From NCBI GenBank assembly GCA_046329535.1, contig JAXLUN010000001.1:66856-130855 (forward strand): 64,000 nucleotides of DNA. The letters are read 5' to 3'. The translations under genes and the position numbers were made by a program. Below the pieces are notes generated by a model, which saw only the letters and a program-made list of their open reading frames with translations, was not told where the DNA came from and did no database searches. This DNA is from Chitinophagales bacterium. Its GTDB lineage: Bacteria; Bacteroidota; Bacteroidia; Chitinophagales; LD1. Below are positions 57,806 through 64,000 of the stretch, one piece after another (position 1 is the first letter of the stretch; each line of letters begins with the position of its first letter).

Positions 57806-60454
57806 GTGAAAAAACTGGATGTTCTTACTGCTTTTATGCTCTATTTTGTGATGCTTTCCACCGCGCAGGTAAACCAGCATCGTATCACCCTTAATCCCAG
57901 TCTTCGTCCGTTTTATCACGGGGTCGAGTCGGGAGATCCAACGGAGGATAAAGTGATGATATGGACCAGAATAACTCCTGATTCTGGTGTGGTAGGAAAT
58001 TTAGAGGTATACTGGCAGGTAGCTACAGATGTAAATTTTACCAACGTAGTCAATTACGGAACTTCCATTGCTACTGAAGCGAACCATTATTGTGTGAAAG
58101 TAGATGTATGTGGTTTACAGCCATCTAAGTATTACTATTACATGTTTAACGCGTTTGGCCGCAACTCAATTGTTGGCCGTACTAAAACAGCTCCCTCTGT
58201 TAACGCGGATAATGATAGTGTTCGCTTTGCTGTGGTGAGTTGTGCCAGTTGGGAACATGGTTATTTTAACGCCTATCAAAGTATCAGCAATAGGAATGAT
58301 GTGGATGCAGTTTTGCACTTAGGCGACTATGTTTATGAGTATGCCAGTGGTGATTTTACAGGTAATGTAAATGGCAGAACGTACGACCCACCTACAGAAG
58401 CAGTTACTGAAATAGGTTATGAACTTCGATACTCTCAATACAAACTGGATGACCAGTTACGAAGGATCCATCAGTTGTTTCCTTTCATTACCGTATGGGA
58501 TGATCACGAAACCTGCAACGATGCATGGCGTGAGGGAGGTCAGAATCACACCCCTGGCGCGGAGGGTAATTTCATTGACCGAAAACACAATTCAACTTCA
58601 ACCTATTTTAAATGGATGCCTATTCGTAAGCCCGATCCATTGGATACAATTCGCATTTTCAGAAGATTACGTTATGGAAAATTACTGGATCTAATCATGC
58701 TTGATACCCGATTGTATGACCGCGATGAACAGGACTTAGGATTGACAAACGATCCGAATCATCACATGATGGGGCCCGTGGAGCGTGCTTGGTTTCTATC
58801 TCAATTGAGCGATACAGCAAGTCGCTGGAAAATTATTGGTAATCAGGTAATGTTCGCTCCTCTTGAACTTTTTGGTCAACCTGTTAATGCCGACCAGTGG
58901 GATGGATACAACTATGAACGTACTCTGATAGAGAACCACATCTTAAATAATAACATTAAAGATGTGGTGATACTTACAGGCGATATTCACACCAGTTGGT
59001 GTAATGATGTACCGGGACCTAATTATGATGCTAATACGGGTAATGGTGCTGTTTGCGTTGAGTTTGTTGGTACCAGCGTAACTTCCCTTAACTCTCCCCT
59101 TCCGGTAGGTACTAACATTAGTCAAAGCCTTAACCCACACATGAAATTCATCGATCTGGATCAGCATGGATACTATACATTAGATGTGAAAAAAAACAAA
59201 GTACAGGCAGATTATACTTATATGAGTCGGGTAGATCAATTAGGCGCAAATGATATTGATGGCCCCAGTTTTTATGTGGCCGACAATCAACGTCATCTTA
59301 CACAGGTTAATTCGGCCGTTCCTGCTCCTGTTATAAGCGCAGCCAATCCCCCGTTACTTCCTGACCAGGGTATTGGCTTTGTGAAGTTTACTAATCAGTA
59401 TATCTCTATTTCAGAAAATACTCAATATACCGTGAATATGGTACCGCCAGTTGCCAGTTGTCCGGCTAAAACTGTTGCTATTCAGCAGGGGCAACACGGT
59501 TATGCTTTTACCTTCAATGGAAAGAGTATTACTTATTCTCCGATTACTGATTACAACGGAGATGATACCGTTATGGTCACTTTATGCAGTAACGATCTAC
59601 CCCCGGTTTGCGATACAGCATACATATTCATTAATGTTCTTTCGGTTCAGGATATAGATACTTCTGTTGTAAATATTGATGGCGATAGTACTTATGCCGG
59701 TTGTATTCGTTTCAATGACCTTACTTCAGCACCAGTGAGCATCAGTTACAGTCAGGTTTTGTATGGTGTTTTCTCAATATCAGACTCCTGTTTTACGTAT
59801 ACCCCCGATTCACTTTATAACGGCAATGAAGTAATTACATTTACGGCTTGTGATATTCTAAGCAATTGTGATACAGTTGTATATATTATTAAAGTAGATC
59901 ACCCCGTGTTTGGATCAACTGTTGAAGTAACACTCAGCAAAAACACAAATACAACCTATTGTCTCTTGTTTGATGATTTACTTGCGAAACCTTCATCTTT
60001 TAATGTAACATTGTTACCTCATCATGGCACTTATCAGTTGCAGGGAGATTCATGCGTGAAATATTCCCCTTATTACAACTACTCTGGCGATGATACCATG
60101 CGTTTTGTGGCTTGTGATACTTTCGGGACTAATCACTGTGATACCGTAACTATTATTTTTCATGTGCTGGCACCTAATTCTATAGAGGATGATGAAAATC
60201 TGGTGGTTTTAGGTATGTATCCTAATCCAGTAAATGATAAATTATTGATTCAATATTATCTATACGAAACAGGCAACATGACTATTAGGGTGTATGATAT
60301 AGATGGCAGGATAATCAATTCGCTGAATTTGAATCATGCTTTGCCCGGATTGCAATACGCCCAACTAAATATGAGTCAACTACCTAAAGGGAATTATTTG
60401 GTGGAATTGAAAACAGAAAAGTCAGGATATTCCCGTAAAATAGTGAAGGAGTAG
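57806..60454 (+). CDS. phoD: PhoD-family alkaline phosphatase fused to three Ig/cadherin-like repeats and a T9SS type-A C-terminal sorting domain
   Basis: PhoD blocks are present: GVESGDPTEDKVMIWTR, HLGDYVYEY and WDDHE. Three ~90-aa Cys-containing repeats follow. The C-terminus reads YPNPVNDKLLIQY...GNYLVELKT. GTG start with a signal peptide. Confidence 0.85.
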   Translation: MKKLDVLTAFMLYFVMLSTAQVNQHRITLNPSLRPFYHGVESGDPTEDKVMIWTRITPDSGVVGNLEVYWQVATDVNFTNVVNYGTSIATEANHYCVKVDVCGLQPSKYYYYMFNAFGRNSIVGRTKTAPSVNADNDSVRFAVVSCASWEHGYFNAYQSISNRNDVDAVLHLGDYVYEYASGDFTGNVNGRTYDPPTEAVTEIGYELRYSQYKLDDQLRRIHQLFPFITVWDDHETCNDAWREGGQNHTPGAEGNFIDRKHNSTSTYFKWMPIRKPDPLDTIRIFRRLRYGKLLDLIMLDTRLYDRDEQDLGLTNDPNHHMMGPVERAWFLSQLSDTASRWKIIGNQVMFAPLELFGQPVNADQWDGYNYERTLIENHILNNNIKDVVILTGDIHTSWCNDVPGPNYDANTGNGAVCVEFVGTSVTSLNSPLPVGTNISQSLNPHMKFIDLDQHGYYTLDVKKNKVQADYTYMSRVDQLGANDIDGPSFYVADNQRHLTQVNSAVPAPVISAANPPLLPDQGIGFVKFTNQYISISENTQYTVNMVPPVASCPAKTVAIQQGQHGYAFTFNGKSITYSPITDYNGDDTVMVTLCSNDLPPVCDTAYIFINVLSVQDIDTSVVNIDGDSTYAGCIRFNDLTSAPVSISYSQVLYGVFSISDSCFTYTPDSLYNGNEVITFTACDILSNCDTVVYIIKVDHPVFGSTVEVTLSKNTNTTYCLLFDDLLAKPSSFNVTLLPHHGTYQLQGDSCVKYSPYYNYSGDDTMRFVACDTFGTNHCDTVTIIFHVLAPNSIEDDENLVVLGMYPNPVNDKLLIQYYLYETGNMTIRVYDIDGRIINSLNLNHALPGLQYAQLNMSQLPKGNYLVELKTEKSGYSRKIVKE

Positions 60455-60457
60455 CAT

Positions 60458-60640
60458 CTATTCAGCATTGTCTTTCTTTTTCTTTTCTTCTTCCTGCTTA
60501 AGGCGTTTGTACCCGTAAGGGCAATGTCTGCAATCACTTTGGCAGCAAAAGCCTCTTTGAAGATGGTATTTTTCAGTCATCACCATCAATCCATTCGAAT
60601 CAAAATAAAAAAGGTCGTTTTTGGGTGGGGGGCAAGCCAT
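60458..60640 (-). CDS. Small Cys-rich protein (resembles the DUF5522 family)
   Basis: 60 aa with YFDSNGLMVMTEKYHLQRGFCCQSDCRHCPYG and a Lys/Glu-rich tail. Confidence 0.55.
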   Translation of the reverse strand: MACPPPKNDLFYFDSNGLMVMTEKYHLQRGFCCQSDCRHCPYGYKRLKQEEEKKKKDNAE

Positions 60641-60744
60641 ATTATTTAAAGTTAGTCTTCTTCTTGATATTATGTTTGTAATATAAGCGGTTAATCGAAA
60701 AATAATTTAATGCCATTCCGTTTTTCTTTTACCAAATTTACACA

Positions 60745-62271
60745 ATGAAGCGAGTACTTTTGTATCTCTTATTTTTTATAACCATGGTTGCTAATGGTCA
60801 GAGTTATGCTGATGAGGCGTTAATGTTTGCCCAAACCAGCGTTTCAGGAACAGCCCGTAGTATTGGTTCTGCAGGAGCATACGGATCTGTAGGTGCTGAC
60901 TTGGGTTGCGTAACCATCAATCCGGCCGGTTTGGGACTTTATCGCTCATCAGATTTTTCTCTTACCCCAGCCATAATGCTTGACAGGCGCAATAGTGATT
61001 TTTTAAGTAATAAAGATCAAGGGGGCGTGAATAAATTCTTTATCAATCAGGCAGGATTCTCTTTTACTAAACTTTTCAATAAAGAAAAAAAAGCCACCGA
61101 TTTTTCATTTTCCAGTACTCGATTAAATGCTATCACTTTTGCACTTAACTATCAGCGTCAAAATATGTTTCATCAGCTCATCCAATGGGATGGAACCAAT
61201 AATTTTATATCAGCCGTTTCTGCTTATACAGATTACCTGAATGCCACTAACAAACCATTAACTCCCGATAATTATCCGGTAGAGATGGTGTTGGCTTATG
61301 ATGCAGGTCTGATTACCTACGATACTATTTTAGCTCAATATGTAAGTCGGGTGAATAAACCAGTAAGACAGTCAGGTGATATGATTTTGGGTGGTGCTGC
61401 CGATCAGATTGATGCCGCAATAGGTGGGAACGTAAATGATAAGTTTTACTTTGGTGCCGGGGTAGGCTTTTCCATTCTATCTTATTCGTTTCGGAACCGG
61501 TTTAATGAAATAGATGAGTCTAATTCTACCTCCAACTTTCAGGATTATAATGTTGATGCGGCATTACGAACATCCGGATTTGGCCTTCATGCTAAGTTCG
61601 GCATCATTTATCGTCCTGCTTCCTGGGTGAGGTTGGGTGTATCTTACCAAATACCTACATTTTACAACCTGACCGAAAATTATTCCGTAGGGTTGTTAGC
61701 TAATTTCGATACCACCTATTACGGGCAAACCCTTTCTTCATATCCCCTCAAATACAAACTTCGTACTCCCATGAAGGGAACTATCAGTACCAGTTTTTAT
61801 TTGAAAGAGTTTGGTTTTTTATCGGTCGATTATGAATTCCAGAATTTAGGTAGTTCCAGATTTTATTTTGGAAAAGATTATCAGTCATATACGGATGCTG
61901 TAAACGCCAACGAGAAGAAAGTTTATAACTTTTGTCATACGATAAGAGCCGGTATAGAAGCTGCTTACAAAACGCTGCGTTTACGAGCTGGTTACGCATA
62001 CTCAACAACTCCTTATAAAAAGGACTATTACAATAAACAGTATCCTGAAAGTATACAGCAAATTTCGGCTGGGTTGGGCTATAGGGGGAAACGTTTCTAT
62101 GTTGACTTTACCTATTTAATCAACCTTCAAAAGGAGATAATTTATCCTTATGCTGATGCGGTTGTAAAAACCACTAATTATCGCCATAACATGTTTCTGA
62201 CAGTAGGTTACCGCTTGGTACGCGATGAAACACCAAGCAAGAAACAGAAGAATACTAAAATGAGTTTTTAG
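60745..62271 (+). CDS. Outer-membrane beta-barrel protein (FadL/TodX-like or related, hypothetical)
   Basis: A signal peptide, an alternating beta-strand pattern throughout, and aromatic residues near the C-terminus. The family assignment is uncertain. Confidence 0.6.
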   Translation: MKRVLLYLLFFITMVANGQSYADEALMFAQTSVSGTARSIGSAGAYGSVGADLGCVTINPAGLGLYRSSDFSLTPAIMLDRRNSDFLSNKDQGGVNKFFINQAGFSFTKLFNKEKKATDFSFSSTRLNAITFALNYQRQNMFHQLIQWDGTNNFISAVSAYTDYLNATNKPLTPDNYPVEMVLAYDAGLITYDTILAQYVSRVNKPVRQSGDMILGGAADQIDAAIGGNVNDKFYFGAGVGFSILSYSFRNRFNEIDESNSTSNFQDYNVDAALRTSGFGLHAKFGIIYRPASWVRLGVSYQIPTFYNLTENYSVGLLANFDTTYYGQTLSSYPLKYKLRTPMKGTISTSFYLKEFGFLSVDYEFQNLGSSRFYFGKDYQSYTDAVNANEKKVYNFCHTIRAGIEAAYKTLRLRAGYAYSTTPYKKDYYNKQYPESIQQISAGLGYRGKRFYVDFTYLINLQKEIIYPYADAVVKTTNYRHNMFLTVGYRLVRDETPSKKQKNTKMSF

Positions 62272-62274
62272 AAG

Positions 62275-63309
62275 TCACACCACATTTACCTCGGGTAAAA
62301 TAGTAATCCCAAATTTTTCCTGCACAGATTTCTGAATGTCCATAGCTAGTTGCCATATCTCTTGACCCGTTGCATGACCATAATTCACTAAGACCAAAGC
62401 TTGTGATTTGTGTGAGCCGGTATTTCCCACTACTTTACCTTTCCAACCGCATTGCTCAATTAGCCAGCCGGCCGGTATTTTTACGCGATTATCCTTTTGG
62501 ATATAGCTTGGCATAACTGGGTATGTTAATACCAATTGCTCAAACTTTTCGCGGCTGATAGTTGGGTTTTTAAAGAACGAACCGGCATTTCCCATATTCT
62601 TTGGGTCAGGAAGTTTAGATGCTCTGATTTTGCAAACTGCCTCACTAACAGCTTTAAGTGAAAGTTCGTAAACTCTCATTTCACTTAAAGTGTTCTTGAT
62701 GTCACCATAATCAACTTTAAAACTATAAGACGCTTTAGATGAATCCAGTTTTGTTAACCTGAATGAAACGGAGGTTATGAAGTATTTTCCTTTCAACTTA
62801 TTCTTAAATACACTCTCTCTATAGCCAAAGTCGCAATCTTTTAAGTTGAACTCAACTATATTTCCTGATTCCATATCATAAGCTTCCAGTTGGTAGAAGC
62901 AGTCTTTTATCTCCACACCATAAGCTCCGATATTCTGCATGGGAGCTGCTCCAACTAATCCGGGTATTAGAGAAAGATTTTCTAGACCGGCATAATTTTT
63001 ATCAATACACCAAACTACAAACTGATGCCAAATTTCTCCGGCTTGAGCCTTTACAATTATCTCTGTTTCTTTTTCTCTGACAATATCAATTCCTCGTAAA
63101 GAATTTTTGATCGTTAAACCGTCAAAGTTTTGCGTAAATAACAAATTACTTCCCCCGCCAATTATTAACTTCTTATTCTCTTTAAAAACCGATGTTTGTC
63201 TCAGTTCTCTCAATTGATCCAAACTCGAAATTTCAACAAAGTACTTAGAGTTAGCCTCTATCCCAAAAGTATTATATGCAGTAAGCGATTGGTTCTGTTC
63301 TATCGTCAT
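62275..63309 (-). CDS. murB: UDP-N-acetylenolpyruvoylglucosamine reductase
   Basis: LTAYNTFGIEA...IIGGGSNLLF...GAAPMQNIGAYG...GSFFKNP...AGWLIEQCGWKG. Confidence 0.92.
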   Translation of the reverse strand: MTIEQNQSLTAYNTFGIEANSKYFVEISSLDQLRELRQTSVFKENKKLIIGGGSNLLFTQNFDGLTIKNSLRGIDIVREKETEIIVKAQAGEIWHQFVVWCIDKNYAGLENLSLIPGLVGAAPMQNIGAYGVEIKDCFYQLEAYDMESGNIVEFNLKDCDFGYRESVFKNKLKGKYFITSVSFRLTKLDSSKASYSFKVDYGDIKNTLSEMRVYELSLKAVSEAVCKIRASKLPDPKNMGNAGSFFKNPTISREKFEQLVLTYPVMPSYIQKDNRVKIPAGWLIEQCGWKGKVVGNTGSHKSQALVLVNYGHATGQEIWQLAMDIQKSVQEKFGITILPEVNVV

Positions 63310-64000
63310 TTTATCCTGTTTAGTCCGGCTTTTGCTTTTTGATCCAATCCGTTTTTATACTCATGATTTTCGAATGTTAAGCACAAATTGTAGAAATACT
63401 TGGCTTTCTCTTTGTCGCCCCTTTCTTCATAAATTTTGCCCGATTCAAAAGCCGAGTTGGGTGCAAAATACCGAGGTAAATATTTTCCTTTCTCAATAGC
63501 CTTATTATAGAGCATTAGTGCAGAATCTCGCTTATTCCACTCATCGTAAATCCGAGCAAATCGATACAGAAATTCAGTTTGTTCTTCGTTGTTTGAGAAT
63601 GAGTTCTCAGTAAGTCGGCCCATCTCATCAGCCGCTTTTACATAATAGCCACCATCAAAAAGAAGTCTGGCGCGAAGTAATGATACATTCGGCATATGAT
63701 TGCTTTCAGCTTCTTTCAGAGCTTGTTTATCCGCATCTACCATACTGGCACCCATGTTATCTGCCTTATTGATAAAGTGATAATAGTTTACCGTATCACC
63801 CTTAAGTAAATAACTCCAGGCAATTTTCTGAAAAGATGATTTGATGTGATTCTCACCCTTATAGCCAGCTATAAATTGTTTGAAGGGAGCATCGGCATCT
63901 GTATCTAAGTGATTTAGTTTGGCCAAACCGGTCAGATAGTTGAGGAAATGAAATGTTGGAAATTGTTTCCCGGTAGGGCGTTCATTGAGAACTTTCAGCG
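63306..64000 (-). CDS. TPR-like hypothetical protein, 5' end probably beyond the window
   Basis: The frame stays open to base 64000, and the track start at 63926 is a TTG. Its stop overlaps the murB start (ATGA at 63309-63306). Confidence 0.6.
   Translation of the reverse strand, partial: LKVLNERPTGKQFPTFHFLNYLTGLAKLNHLDTDADAPFKQFIAGYKGENHIKSSFQKIAWSYLLKGDTVNYYHFINKADNMGASMVDADKQALKEAESNHMPNVSLLRARLLFDGGYYVKAADEMGRLTENSFSNNEEQTEFLYRFARIYDEWNKRDSALMLYNKAIEKGKYLPRYFAPNSAFESGKIYEERGDKEKAKYFYNLCLTFENHEYKNGLDQKAKAGLNRIK

Noticed and set aside
1-64000. Search for CRISPR arrays, tRNA/rRNA genes, IS elements, integrases, toxin-antitoxin pairs or known defence genes
   Set aside because: Reading both strands, I saw no regularly spaced identical repeats other than the 21-bp array. 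I also saw no tRNA-like T-loop or acceptor patterns in the intergenic regions, and no ORF with transposase, recombinase, nuclease-helicase or restriction-modification hallmarks.

Overview
This window reads as a mostly housekeeping chromosomal segment of a Bacteroidota bacterium, probably Chitinophagia- or Sphingobacteriia-like. The phylum call rests on several markers. These are T9SS components and cargo (a PorQ-like barrel, GldC, type-A C-terminal sorting domains, SprB repeats), BshC, and the rpmB-rpmG-DUF4295 trio. A short 289-aa primary sigma factor and TAnnTTTG -7 promoter motifs point the same way. I support about 60 protein-coding genes, including infC, acs, gldC, gpsA, rpsA, rocD, gap, rpoD, rpmB, rpmG, ftsY, rimO, bshC, rpe, murB and a divergent PafA-like/PhoD phosphatase pair. 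I saw no rRNA, tRNA, CRISPR array, transposase, integrase or recognisable defence genes. Many genes can only start at TTG or GTG, and several long ORFs in the track are over-extended at the 5' end, so I trimmed them. I did not find a convincing multi-gene novel system. The strongest unexplained signal is a perfectly phased 21-bp direct-repeat array (core AAGC-ATGTCA-A, 9-10 units, 4808-5017) in a 600-bp divergent intergenic region. Other items worth a second look are listed below.
- The 5' 1.2 kb of a large adhesin gene (1824-3001) is riddled with frameshifts at homopolymers.
- An amino-acid permease is split by a 1-nt frameshift.
- One protein is a SecD periplasmic domain with no membrane domain.
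- A plus-strand terminator has no gene upstream of it.
- A 12-nt motif is shared by the rpsA and rpmB promoters.

All family assignments come from reading motifs by eye, not from database searches.
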